DNA of 64,000 nucleotides, taken from Trypanosoma brucei (lineage: Eukaryota). The notes under the pieces were generated by a model. It was not told where the DNA came from, searched no databases, and worked only from the letters and a program-made list of their open reading frames with translations. Location: positions 1,504,001-1,568,000 of the forward strand of contig CP000069.1 in NCBI GenBank assembly GCA_000002445.1. The letters are read 5' to 3'. The position numbers and the translations under genes were made by a program. Below are positions 47,590-59,722 of the stretch, piece after piece (position 1 is the first letter of the stretch; the number at the start of each line of letters is the position of its first letter).

Positions 47590-48130
47590 ATTCTATCTTT
47601 AATCAGTTATTTTAAGCATTTCATTAACCGCCTTTTCAAACTTTTTGAATTCCCAAACTCTAGCTATTATGTCACCTTTATTGAAGTGTGCTTTATAGTT
47701 TGCAGGCCACTTTAACATATGAGTTAGTTTCTTTTGTTCCTCTTCTTGGCATGTTGCTTCAAAAAAAAACATGCGCACCTCTCCATATGCTCCCTGTGAT
47801 CTGAGTTCAAAGTCAAGTACAGCCGAAGCGCATAACACTTGGTAGTCGTTACAAATATAATGGGATAAACTTGTTTCTCTTTTACTACATCCTCCTCGCT
47901 AAACTTCCCTTCATTTTCCGCAGTGTTTTGTATAAAATACCCCACAGCGGTTTCATATTTTTCTCCGTCAGTAACAATAACATCAGATCCGTCAACAGTT
48001 ATCACAATATCCTCATCAATTTTATCCTGTTTTTTAAAAATTTACATAACCCATCTAGCTCTTTTGACATTGCTATGCAAGTTTCCCATAGCAATTGTAA
48101 TAATTTTAACATGGCTTAGTTTCGCACTCA
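47590..48130 (-). repeat. Conserved VSG-upstream module, copy 3 (ORFs 47724..48005(-) and 47599..47838(-), frameshifted)
   Basis: MITVDGSDVIVTDGEKYETAVGYFIQNTAENEG...LNSDHREHMERC... and ...GDIIARVWEFKKFEKAVNEMLKITD. It is homologous to the modules at 20470-21060 and 24240-25040. Confidence 0.6.
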
Positions 48131-49089
48131 GTATGTTTCCCGTCGTGTACACTTAGAGAAATAACGTGCTTAAACACACTAAATGTAATAACAATGATAA
48201 TAGCAAAGTTTTCAAGATACAAAACTATATTCCTAATCTACATTTAAAGTTTAAAAGTGCTATAAGAAAAATATTGAAACTTTAATAGAAGATGCCATTT
48301 GCGCCAATAAGATGTTTACATATATGAGTAATTCCTTAACATAGTTATGATATATGTGCCGATGTGTGTATTATCAGTGTATGAAACTTATTTTTGAAGG
48401 CGTACCTATAATTTTTTAAAAAAACTTTACTTTCAGTAACACATAGTGCCGCACACTATGTGTATTGCGTTGCTTTGCTGCATTGACAATTAGTGCCTAT
48501 GCATTTTTATTGGAATGAAGGTATCTAGTTGCAGTGATTAATTCTAACATGCTATAAAATTTGCCACCCTCGCTTGATGACTACCTCGACCATTCGCTAT
48601 CGTCAAGTGCCTCCAATCAAAATGGTTTCCGAACTATTTATATTGTTGTTTCAATCACATCCGTAGAAGAATCTATTTATTTGTGAGTGTATTTTAGAAC
48701 ACAACCTTCTCCTATATATTATTTTCTTTTATGCTTGTTGCAGTGCATGTTTCACTCCACATTTTTTCTCATATTTATTTCCTTCCGTCGCTGCTTATGC
48801 ATATTACGCAGTGACTTCATTTAGCCTTCAAACTGTTCTTTGTCCCTGCCTCTTCCCCATCTATTTGTGTATGATGAAAGCTATCGCCACTTTTCAACTT
48901 CAAACTGCGCATATTTTATCTATATCTCCTTCTTTCTTTTCTTAAATAGCATTATTTGTGTCTTCTCCCTGTCTTAATAACTGCACCACTCATTCACTTA
49001 CTCTCATCATACCATGGTAATTTTTTTCAACGGTTTAATTTTGTCTCTCCATTCGATCACTTAAAAAAACTTTCCTCATAATGTTAATA

Positions 49090-49160
49090 AATGCGCTTAA
49101 AACACTCTTTTATTATTACTATTAAAATAACAGATTAGAATATCACTCATTTTTAATATT
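49090..49160 (-). repeat. 70-bp repeat remnant (core deleted)
   Basis: cttaaaacactcttttattattactattaaaataacagattagaatatcactcatttttaatattc. It matches the flanks of the repeat at 52690-52830 but lacks the GTATATACACACTCACAAC core. Confidence 0.45.
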
Positions 49161-49233
49161 CTATCACTGTACACGTTACACCCATAGGCCACTCTCATAT
49201 ACATTTTACTATTTGGAACATTTTAATCAAAAA

Positions 49234-49249
49234 GTGTTAAATTATATCA
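49234..49249 (-). promoter_or_regulatory. VSG 3'UTR 16-mer (1 mismatch)
   Basis: gtgttaaattatatca. Confidence 0.65.
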
Positions 49250-49301
49250 AAATTAATTTTTTTTCGTATATTCTCTAAATATTCAAATAAATCAAATTTT
49301 A

Positions 49302-50901
49302 TTAAAATGTGCAAAAATCCTTAAACCCTTGAAATGCTACTAAATTTATAAAGACAGCAGCCATACTCAGGGCCATTTTCTTGTTGAGGAGAAAACTACC
49401 GTTTCGGCACTTTTCTGTATCCTTTTCATCTTCATTATCTTTACCCTTCCTCCATGCGCAATTTTGCTTATTGCCTGTTTTGTCATTTTCACACGGTTCC
49501 TTGGTTTGGTGTTTTGCACACCCAGTTGTGGTTGCTGTTCCCTCTTTTGCTGTCTTTCCTGTTGCTGTTAATGTGCTTTCTGTTCCTGGTTTAGATTTGC
49601 AGTGGTCTCCTTTATCCTCTGTAGTGCTAGTCCATTTGCAGTCATTGTCCGCTGTGCATGTTGAGTTTGTTTTGAGGTTGGTGCATTGGTTGTTTTGTTG
49701 AGATCCGTCTCTTTTTCTTGGGCTCGTTGCCGCCGCCGGTACAAGGACTTCGCTGATATGTTGGGGTTTTTCTAGTGCTTTCGCTCGCAGGGAGAGTGTC
49801 TTTATCGTTTCCTGAGCCAGCAGTATCTTCTCGTTGTTTTGCTTCCTAATGCTTATAGCTTGAGCCAGCTCGTACACCTTGAAAAGCCATGGCGTCTCCG
49901 TGGCCGTTACTATTTCGTGTGGCTTCTTGTTTTCCCATTTGATGCACCTGCCGTTCTCCTGCTGACCATTGCAGCTGGTTTCGTAGGCGCCGAGATAGGT
50001 GTGAGTGCCGTCGGTTGTGGTCTGATCTAGTATGCTTTCGATCGCTGCCATTAGGTCAGTGCTTATGACGGAAGTATGGTCGTCAGTTAGACACTTTTTG
50101 CCTAGACCCTTTATTGTTGCTTCGGTCGGGTTGCCGCTGTTGCCCCACGGTGTCCCGCCTTGGTTTTTGTAGCATATGTCCTTTTGATTGGCCTGAGTTT
50201 TCGTTGTCGCAGACGCAAGCTATTGCTGCCAGCAGCGTTTTTGTTGCGCCCGCGCCGGCTGTTGCAGTGCAGGCTGTGCCCCTGTTGGATCCTCCTGGCG
50301 TCGACGTGCCAAAGATCTGTGCTAGCGTTGCAGATCCGATCGTTGTTGCTCCGTTGCCTATAAAAAGTGCTTTAAGTTCCGCTTTGATGTTTGGGCTATC
50401 GATTAGGGTGTTGGCCGGTTCCGGCGGCAGCGGCGTTTTGACGATTTCCCTTGCTGTTTCTGCAAGTATCCTTACTTCTGCTTCTACTGCTTTGCGCTGA
50501 GCTGGAGTAAGTCCAGAGAAATATTTGATTGTGTTTTTCGTTTTTCCTGGTGTATCCTGTATTTCTTGAATGCTCTTCTTCCAGTCTTCCCACATTTCGG
50601 TCCAGTCCTCTGTTGCAGCTCCTGTTTTTGGCGCTTCGGTCGCCCACTCCATCGGCTTTGCTGGGTTTGCGAAAAGTGCCTGCCATTTCGAGTGTGAGAG
50701 CGTCATATTCCTTTGAAGGATCTCATAGTACTCCGGCGTTTTGAGTTGTTGCTTAGGCGGGATCTCTGGAGGTTCCATGAGTGCTCTTGCTAGCTTGCAC
50801 ATAGCCGCGAAAGCTCCTGAGTTTTGACCTGCGTGCACGTTTTCTGCTTCTGCAGCAGATATTGCCATGAATGTTGCAGCAACTAGTGATTTATACGTCA
50901 T
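49302..50901 (-). pseudogene. VSG: VSG pseudogene (B-type; one frameshift; stop-loss extension of GPI tail)
   Basis: ORF 50083..50901(-) starts MTYKSLVAATFMAISAAEAENVHAG (signal peptide) and contains LLAAIACVCDNENSGQSKGH. ORF 49302..50051(-) has TYLGAYETSCNGQQENGRCIKWE and the C-terminal domain ...CAWRKGKDNEDEKDTEKCRNGSFLLNKKMALSMAAVFINLVAFQGFKDFCTF*. The two ORFs are in different frames. Confidence 0.8.
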
Positions 50902-52689
50902 GTGACGTAGCTTCGACTTAATCCTTGATTATTAGAGCCTTGGTTTCATGTGGGTGTGCTTTTAGTGCAGGTGCCGCAGTGAACGCTAGTCATTTCCAGT
51001 ACATTTTGGTACCAGCCGCAGTGAGTTTGTTGCTTGGTGCGTATAGTCATCTCACTTTTAGTGAATTAAGCAATAGTTTCACTAGCATTTTTGCTGTGGA
51101 AAGGCTAGCTTCCTCTGTATCTTTGAATTTGAGCTGATTTTGAGTGTCTAGCATTCGCTGAAACCGACTCTGTTCACTTCACTTGTTAGGCACCTGGGCC
51201 GTTCACATTTGCACTCAAGATAGTGTTTTTTTTCATCAGAGGACACTTGATTGCACATCTGTTCTTTGTCATCTCTAGTGGTTTAAATATTTTCCATGGA
51301 AAACTGAGGTGTCGCTTTAAAGCTCAAACAATTTATGATATTTATACATTAGCCTTTATAGTCCACAGAAATGAGTCAATACCTTTCAGCTTAATTTCTC
51401 TCATGAAAAACAAGAAATTGGCGGATTATGATGTCATGTTGTTTTGCTTGTTTCATTGTCAAACATTAGAGTTCTATCACCAGCTCTCTTTGTTCGCTTG
51501 AATTGAGTAGACAGATTTCTTTTTCTTCTAGGTTTGGGTAGGTTTTATTTCCATTTTTGTATATACAGAGTGGATCTCTGCCGTCCTTTTTGCGATCGAC
51601 GCCGCTATTCCCCTCCCGCATCTTGGTGCCAAGTTAGCCTTAAATATTCTTGAATGGTTTTTGTAAATTAGCTCAAGAAGTTAATCCTTGTGTGTTACAC
51701 TGCTGAACCTCTACCTGCAACTATTGTAATACGTCTACTCTCCGTCTGCGGTCTAATTGCTGCTGTAAGCTCCATTTCTTTTTAATCCTTTTTGATTTGC
51801 TTTAAACTTAAAGATATGAAAAGTTTCAGTAAGTGGATGAAATTTTTTCTACAATGTTACTTCTAGTTGAATTTCTGCGTGCTAAGTTGGATAAGATAGT
51901 GCTCTCTTAGGTCATCTTATCTCTAATATACCAAATATTTCATTAAACTCACTTCCCGGAAATTTTATGTGCCTGAATATAGACAGCGACAAAGTGCTTG
52001 GTTCTCTCTCTCATAACTTTGCCGCACTGGCCGTAAGTAGGTGTCACTAAAACTTAATATCTGTAAGCTGCATTGTGATAGAACAATAGCTTTGTTACTA
52101 TTTGTTTTCGGCTTTCATACATTTTACCCCTTCCTGTCATGTTTTCTAAACGTGTTGCTTCTTTGTGACCTTTGTGCAAGTTGGGGTTCAATTATCAGCT
52201 AGTCTGTTCTTGGTTTCTCCAGTGATTTTTGTAATAACAGTCAAAGATGACTTTTAGACGATTTATGTGTCTTCATTAGCTAAATTGTATGCTTTAAACT
52301 TTTCCGTTCCCATGAAAGTATTTTAAATAGAAACAACGCATTCTTAAAAGAAGTTTTGAGAGAATATTGGTGATTCTGTCTTTAGGTTGCTTATTACTTT
52401 CACTGGTTTTGTGTTGATTCCAGCGACTTCATGTGGCATATACACTAGGCTGTTTTCCATAATTTTTTATCCATCATCTCTCCGTGTATGATGATACTTA
52501 TTGTCATGTTTGTATTTAAAGTTCCGCATATTTTATCCCCTCCTCTGTCTTTCTTTGTCTCCTTAATAAATAATATTCCTCTTTCTAAAGAATCCTTTCA
52601 CTCACTTATTCTTATTTCGCCCTTACAGTTGATTTCACTTCTTCTATTTTGACATTCAATTTAGACTTTAAAAACACTCTTATTGTAAT

Positions 52690-52830
52690 ATTACTATATA
52701 CACACTCACAACACTCTCCTATCATTATCATTTTTATTATCATCATTACTTTTCCTATAAAATCCTTATTATTATAGTCCTAACTAATATTCATCAACTA
52801 AAACAAATAAATCTAAATTAGAACATCACT
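52690..52830 (-). repeat. 70-bp repeat (about 1.5 copies)
   Basis: cttattgtaatattactatatacacactcacaacactctcc plus ATCATTATCATTTTTATTATCATCATTAC. Confidence 0.85.
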
Positions 52831-52945
52831 AATTTTCCATATCCTTCCATTCTACTATTTTATATCCATAAATGGATACCTTACAAAAATATCAATTTTT
52901 CAAAGATTTCAAAAGTTCCATTAATTTGCACATTTTCATGGAAAA

Positions 52946-52961
52946 GTGTTAAAATATATAA
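52946..52961 (-). promoter_or_regulatory. VSG 3'UTR 16-mer (1 mismatch)
   Basis: gtgttaaaatatataa. Confidence 0.65.
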
Positions 52962-53009
52962 AATATCTGAAAATACCATGTTTTATAAAATCTCATGAAT
53001 TTTAAAACA

Positions 53010-54562
53010 ACAAACTCAAAAAAAAAAGCATTCATCAGAGTCAGTTTCTTATTTAAAATAATACTGGAATCCTTGCAAGTTTCACCTTCTCATTTGCCAT
53101 TTGTGTGACCTTCACATTTTGCCTTATAAGTTCCGTGTCTTGCACAACCAGTTGTCGTTCTTCCTGCACCAGCCCGTGCTTGTGTTGCTATTTGCTCTGC
53201 TGCTCTTGTATTCAATTTGCAGTGGGGACCATCGTCGTCATTTTCGCTTTTCCATTCGCAAGCCGGCTTGTTTTCTCTGCACTCACCTACTTTGGTTATT
53301 GCTTCGCATTCTTTGTTGGTTTCTTCTAATGTTTTCGTGGACTTCACAGTTTCAGTGCCGCGAGATTGTTTTATTTCCTTTGAAAGTTTTACTTGCGTGT
53401 TATGCAAGTGTAGTAAATTCGTTAGGGTTTTGTTTAAGCTGTTTATTCTCTCCATCAGTGACGCTTTGTGCCGTGCTGCGCCAGCTTCTGTGTCTAAGGC
53501 CGCCGCTGCTTGCTGAAGCGGTTCCAGCCAGGCTGGTCTGTTGCTGCTCGTCGCCGTTTTGCCATAGTTGACACATGCACCTTTGCCGGAGTTGTCATTG
53601 TTTCCGTCGCAGTTCCCGGCTGTTGCTGAGCCGTGTGTGTCTCCTAGGTATCCAATTTTTTGGTCAGTGCCGTGCGGAGCGTTTATGAGTTGCGCTACCT
53701 GCCTGATGGTCTGCCTGATGTCGCTCGCTGAAATTTGGGAGTTTGTTGGATCGAATTGCTTGCAGCCTGCTTTGAGCTTTTTCCAGGCCGCTGCGTGGTT
53801 GAAGTCGGCGCCGTTGTAAGTTACCGTTGCCGCCCCGTTTGCTAAGCAAGCCTTGTTGTCCGTCGCGCTGTTTGAACCGCAAATACAAATTAAATCTTCC
53901 GCTATCGATTTACCCGCCGCTTTCCCGGCCGTTTCTACTTTTCCGCAGGTGGTCTCTCGATCCGATGCTGCGTCAGTTAGGTGCACTGCATCGTCTGTTT
54001 CTGCGTTGCCCAGTGCCGCTGTCTTCAAGAGCTCTTTGCTCGACTTCCCTGCTGAAGTTTGAGGTTGATGTTTGTATCGCTCTATTGCGTTTTTTAACAG
54101 TTCCACTGTTCTGTTGATTTCTGGAAGCATGGTGCTCGGGGTTTCAGTGTTTCTTATTAGGTGGTCGCCAAGCGTATCCCCTCTGCTTTTCAAGTATTTT
54201 GCCGCGTCAACACAGTCGGTTGCTTTGTCCTTGCCGCAAAGTTCTTCCAGTTTTTCTTTTGGGTTCTTCAGCTCTGCTGCCTGGTCTGCCGCTGCCGCTA
54301 GCGAGTTTAGACTGTCTGTGTCGCGAAGGTAGAGCTGCAGGAGCTTGGCTGTTTTCGTCGTGTCTTCATCGATTACTCCTGTACTCGTTGCTTGTGGCGT
54401 GTTTTCTAGGGCGTTGACCACGACGCAGAGTGTGCCGTATAGGGCCGTATTTTCTCCTTTGCTCAGCTCTGTTGCTGCCACCGGCGACCACAGATTTGCT
54501 GACACGATTATTGCCGTTAACGCCATGATATCGAATGCTACCTTCAAAGTTTGTGGCTTCAT
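53010..54562 (-). pseudogene. VSG: VSG with intact 490-aa ORF through the N-domain but premature stop before the last C-terminal-domain Cys/GPI signal
   Basis: ORF 53090..54562(-) starts MKPQTLKVAFDIMALTAIIVSANLWSPVAA (signal peptide). It has B-type motifs (DLICICGSNSATDNKACLANG and GYLGDTHGSATAGNCDGNNDNSGKGACVNYG). It ends ...CEGHTNGK* (TGA), followed in frame by EGETCKDSSIILNKKLTLMNAFFF..., a degenerate GPI signal with no proper stop. Confidence 0.8.
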
Positions 54563-56215
54563 TTTCTTTCTCTTGTTTCTCTGTAATGCTTAGGGGCTGT
54601 TACTATAGTAAAATGTGAACAGTGTTGTTTGCAGATTGAGCACTTCTTTTTCTCCGTCTGCTGTACCGCAAATGAGTTGCTAGTTCCGTGGCCGGTCCTG
54701 CCTCGGCCAGGTGGAACGATGCTGCCGTTTAGCGGAAGCTGCTAGGAACTAACGTTTATTTTTTTACCAAACCCGTTTGCTGCACTGATAAGATTAAAGA
54801 AGAGCCAATTTAACCATATATTACGTTATCCACTAAAAACGTTTAGGGTATTTCCCCCAAATTTAGGTTTTTAATCCTTTTCGATATCAATTTAAAAAAC
54901 GTATTTTTTGTTTCCACAAATTTCCAAATGATGTTGTTTCTGTTGGATTTCATATAAATGGAGATAAATACCTGACACATTAGAATCTGTAAATTATGAC
55001 TTTAAATAGCTGTATTTTTCATATGTTCAACTTATGAAAAAGTTGATTAACTGTGGAAAACCATGATCACTATAACCTAAGGGTTTAACCAGAATTTTCG
55101 AAAATATTGCACTTTTACTTCTTACTCTATATTGGTCTATATATACAGAATTTATTCGCCTTATTCACACTTTCAGTACTTTAGTCCTTGAAAATAACGA
55201 GCATATTTCTAGACCTGAAAATTTTAAGCTTATGTTTTTGAGTGCTTTTATTTTGTGATAATTCTCTAATATGTGCTGGCGAAATAACCAGTTAGCACCA
55301 CTTTTCATCGTGGTGGCGGTTATGCTCCGATCTATTGTATTTAATCTGGCTGTTTGGGTTTTAGCTTCCTTGTACGCTGCTATTTTTAAATTACCCACAT
55401 TAAATAAGGTTTACTCTGGGTCTTAATACTTAGCGCTGAATCACTAAACTTCGTTAATTTCTCATCTGCATACCATTGTTAAACTGATGCATTTGTGCTG
55501 TTAATTGTTGACTTCTTAAAGATGCTCCACATCTTTATCTGTGTGTTATTTCATGATGGCTACACATTATTTTTTTGCTTTTCACAGTAATCCATTAGTG
55601 GACGTAGATTTAAAATAATTCTCACAATAATATGATATTGTTTCCCACAAATACTGTCCACTATCACTATTTCTCCTGAAAATGGCTTCGACATTACTTT
55701 ACACTTACCCAATCTATTCTTACTGTTGTTCTTTTGTTTGCTCTCGTTCACAGCTGAATATTTGGTTCCGCCATAAGATAAAATAGCACACTACTCATTA
55801 TCTCTGCAATTTCTTCTATCTACTTTTAATTGAAATACTGTGCAGCATTTCTTTCTGTATCGTTTATTTATGTAATGACATTTACCTGTCGTTGTAACCT
55901 ACATTTTTTCACTTTCGTTTTCTATCACTGCTTCCGTGTATCGTAGAAATTGTATTTTACCTGTGCATTGTAGTTTGTTTTTGACTAATTTCCAGCGAAA
56001 TATTCTTCTTGTTCTTCTCTTTTAAGGTGGTTCCTGCAATAGTTTTCTTTTAAACAGTGCATATTGCATCTCCCGTTCTGTTTCTTTGCATTCTCTCACT
56101 ATTACTTATGTATCTTTTTCATATTCGCTTCGCCAGTCATTCCCATACACTCACTGCCCCCTGAAGCTCTTTTCAGTCCCTTCGTCTGCCTTGTCCATTT
56201 GGTTATCGGTGTCGT

Positions 56216-56380
56216 TCTTATTATAACATTCGTATACACACACTCACAACCCTCTCCTATCATTATTATTATTATCATTATTATTTTACTGCTTTTATTA
56301 TAATATTAGTATATACGCATTTATAACAATCTCCTTTCATTATCATAGCTTTTATTATGGCAACGTTTCATAATATCTCT
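56216..56380 (-). repeat. 70-bp repeat block (about 2 copies)
   Basis: cttattataacattcgtatacacacactcacaaccctc ... ttattataatattagtatatacgcatttataacaatc. Confidence 0.85.
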
Positions 56381-56569
56381 GATTTTTCGTACCCTATCTT
56401 AATGCTATGTTGCACTCGTATACTAATGTCATACAAAATTTAACAAAGTTTACATATTTTCAAATTTTCATCTGAAAGTATTAAAATATATTAATCTTTA
56501 GAAAATTTCCATAATTTGATAAAATTGAGTACCAATTCTTAGAATTCTATAATCGTAAAATGCTAATAG

Positions 56570-58105
56570 CCTCAAAAAAGCTGCAGCCATCAGAGTGAAC
56601 TTCTTATTGACAAGAAAACTGTAATCTTTGCAAGTTTCACCCTCCTATTTTCAGCCATCTCCACATTCTTTCTCCGCTTTACCTTTGCATTTCTCTTCTT
56701 TCTTTTCTTCCGCCTTAGCTCCCTCTTTAACTTTGCACTTTCCATCTTTGTATTCGCATCCATCCTCATCTTTGCACTCCCCCTGTGGTTTGCCCTTGCA
56801 TTTTCCTTCTGCTATTTTGGTGGGACATGAGGAGCCTGCTTGCTTTTTCTCCTTTTCTTCCTGTTCCTCAACAAAGTGCCGAAAAGTGTAATAGGTTGCA
56901 GCATATGCGATTTTTTGTGGTGATGTTATTGTTTTTAGCTGTCTGTCGCCATTTCCTCCGACAGCGGCTTTAGGTTGTGTCAGGTTGTCAAGCGACTTTC
57001 CTACAGTGTTTGTAATTTCGTCTCCATTTTCACCGATGACTTCCTTTAGTAAGTTATCTACTTTGGCTTTAGTCTCTTGGTTGCTGTACTTGGCCGTTTC
57101 ACCTTCTATCGCTGTCGCTATTTTTTCCTTGAGAGTGCTACTTGTTATTACCGTTTTTAAGTCCAGGTTTATTTTTAGCTGGCTAAGCTCAGAGATTACC
57201 TTTTCTAGGGGTGGTATGTTTTTTAGCTCTGCCGCAATGGTTTTGGCGCTCGGTATGGCCGTGCTCCCTGTGGATGCTGTATACTCTTCCTGGCTCCCGT
57301 ATGTTTTGCGCGTTAGTGCAAGTGTTTCTTCAACGAATAGTTTGCCGCTCACTACCGCTAGTTTGGTGGTTTGGCCACTCGTGCAGGCGTTGCTGGCTGT
57401 GTGTTTGCCTGTGGCCGCCGCATGTGCGCACACCGTGAGTACTGAGTCAACTCCAGCGTTGGTTACAGTTGCCGTTTTTAAGCCGATTAATACGATTGAG
57501 TTCGTTCTTGTGCTGTCTGCCGTCGGTGGTGTTGCATCAATGTCTCTGGCGGTCGCATCCCGCGTGCAAGCCGCGTTTTCGTTGATTTTCGTCGTCGGCT
57601 GGATCTTCTGGTAGTTTCCGCCGGTGAAGTCGGTCGCTGCAGTTACATAGTCTGGTAACTCAATGGCGGCAGTCACGAGCTCCGCCACAGCTTCCATTTG
57701 CCCGCTAAGTTTGTAAGCTGCTCTCGACGCAGCGTAGATCGTCTGACGGTGCTTATTTACTTTATTTTGTAATTCAGCGACTGAGGTTATTAACCTCTTG
57801 GACAGAAGATCGGCGACAAGCTTTGTGGCGCCTTGTGTTGCTTGAGTTACTATCTGTAGCTTAGCCGCTGTATCAGCTGCTGCAGCGCTCTGCTGTGCTT
57901 CTGTTGTTAATATGGCCAGAGTGTTGTCTGCCAATTCCTTTAGATAATCTGCCGTATGTCAGGGTTTTTTTGCTGCCGCCTTCAGTGGGTGCAGAGTAAG
58001 GGAGCAGACTGCATTTGTTGCTGCGAATAGAGCTAATAGAAGGTATACTCTTCCATGCGATAGCGGTAAAGGTACATGTGCCAACTTTACTGTTAAAGTC
58101 CGTCG
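56570..58105 (-). pseudogene. VSG: VSG pseudogene (A-type; stop/frameshift just after the signal peptide and premature stop in the C-terminal domain)
   Basis: ORF 56651..57934(-) is 427 aa (AAKLQIVTQATQGATKLVADLLSKRL..., A-type helices) and ends ...CKGKAEKECGDG*, followed in frame by EGETCKDYSFLVNKKFTLMAAAFLRLL. Upstream, ORF 57959..58180(-) has GRVYLLLALFAATNAVCSL (signal peptide), separated from the main ORF by TGA and a frame change. Confidence 0.8.
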
Positions 58106-59359
58106 GAAGTTCTGGCCGTTTCGGGTTTGCTGGTGCATCGCTACCTTCTTTTGTTTTTTGAGAGATTTATTGCTCTTCAAGGTGCGAAAAGTGGGAAATT
58201 GTACGCCATATGATTAAAAGTTGTTTTAAAGAAAAATAGGACTCAGTCAAGCCAAAATTGTCCACTTTAAAAAAACTTTTATAATTGTCCGTATATATAT
58301 CAAACAGTTAAGATTTGTTTTTTTTGCTTCTAATGTACCACAATTCCTTTGTTCTGATGCACATTAAATGAAGATATAACGCCGGTGTTTTCGGCTCACA
58401 CGTTGATCTTTTCATTTTTCACAATAACATTGGCTTACTGTAGACCTCTTTTGTTTTTTCCTTGGAAATTAATATACTGGTTTCAAAGTTTTTCCTGAAG
58501 TTTCTTAATGCATTCCGTCACTGCCGCGTCAGTGCGTATTCTTCTGGGAATTAACTGTTTCCTGAAATCCCTTAATGTGTGGACCGTTTAGCAATACGAA
58601 ATGGGAAGAGTATCATTACAATTTTTTGTAGTTTATAGAATCCCTCTATCGCATCATATACGTTGAATTTCAAGCAGTTTCCACCTTTTGTTTTTTCGTT
58701 CGCTGTTAAAAGTAGTATATTATTGTTCCCGGTTTTAAATTCCTATCTACATAACATTATATTGTTGCCGAAAAATGTTACTCAATATTAATGTATTTGT
58801 TAAGAAGAGGCCTTTGACATTATATAAAATTACCCAGTATATCACCATCTTTTGCTCTTTACATCTAGACATTAGGATCGGTAATCAGAGTAAAAACAAT
58901 AGTCACTACAATCTCTCGTGTAGTATTTATATTTTTTTAAATAAAAACAGTGCATCGTCGACAACTCCTCTTCCTTCTAAAATATTGTTTTCCCAAGTGT
59001 TGTAATGTCGCGTATCGTCTTGTTTTTTTTCATATTTTCTTCTTTTTCAATTAGTTTTCTATCGATGCTTCTGCATTTAACGTAGCAACAGTATTTTTTT
59101 TATGAGAGACTCTTTGCCTCCGCAATTGTCCACTTAATCATATCCTTGTATGATAATATCCTTCATCCTATCTGTGTTTAAAAATGCATATATTCCATCC
59201 CTCTCTCTCTCTCTTTCTCCCTCTTCATCTCTCTCTTTTTTTAATAAAAATTTCCTATGCTCGTCGATTACCACTCCAATTTACTCACTTATTAGAATTG
59301 CACCCTTGTTATTAATTAAGTATCTCTCTTCAGTGATTTCAGCGAGCTCACTACGCATC

Positions 59360-59530
59360 TATTATAATATTAGTATATGCACACTCACAACATTCTCCTA
59401 TCGATATGATGATCATCATTATTATTTTTATTATTATTATTATCACTATTATTACTGCTATTATTATAATATTAGTATTTAAACATTCATAACGCTCACC
59501 TATTATTATTATTATCACTTTCACAACAAA
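59360..59530 (-). repeat. 70-bp repeat block (about 2 copies)
   Basis: ctattataatattagtatatgcacactcacaacattctcc ... (ATT)n ... ctattattataatattagtatttaaacattcataacgctc. Confidence 0.85.
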
Positions 59531-59722
59531 ACAAATATACACAAGATAAACATAGTAAACAAAATAGATGATTTTCGTACCCTTTTACTACACTGCATTG
59601 CACCAGTAGGCAACTGTCAAACCTATATGTCATATTTTAAAAAATTTCAGATTGCGCAACGGCTTTACAAAAGTGTTGAAATATGTGATATTTCAGAAAA
59701 TTGAAAAATTATCCTTATAATA

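Noticed and set aside
59205-59235. (CT)n tract ctctctctctctctttctccctcttcatctctctc as a possible polypyrimidine trans-splicing signal.
   Set aside because: It lies on the plus strand, while the genes are on the minus strand, inside the VSG-upstream region. The orientation is wrong for a splice-acceptor tract of the neighbouring VSG.
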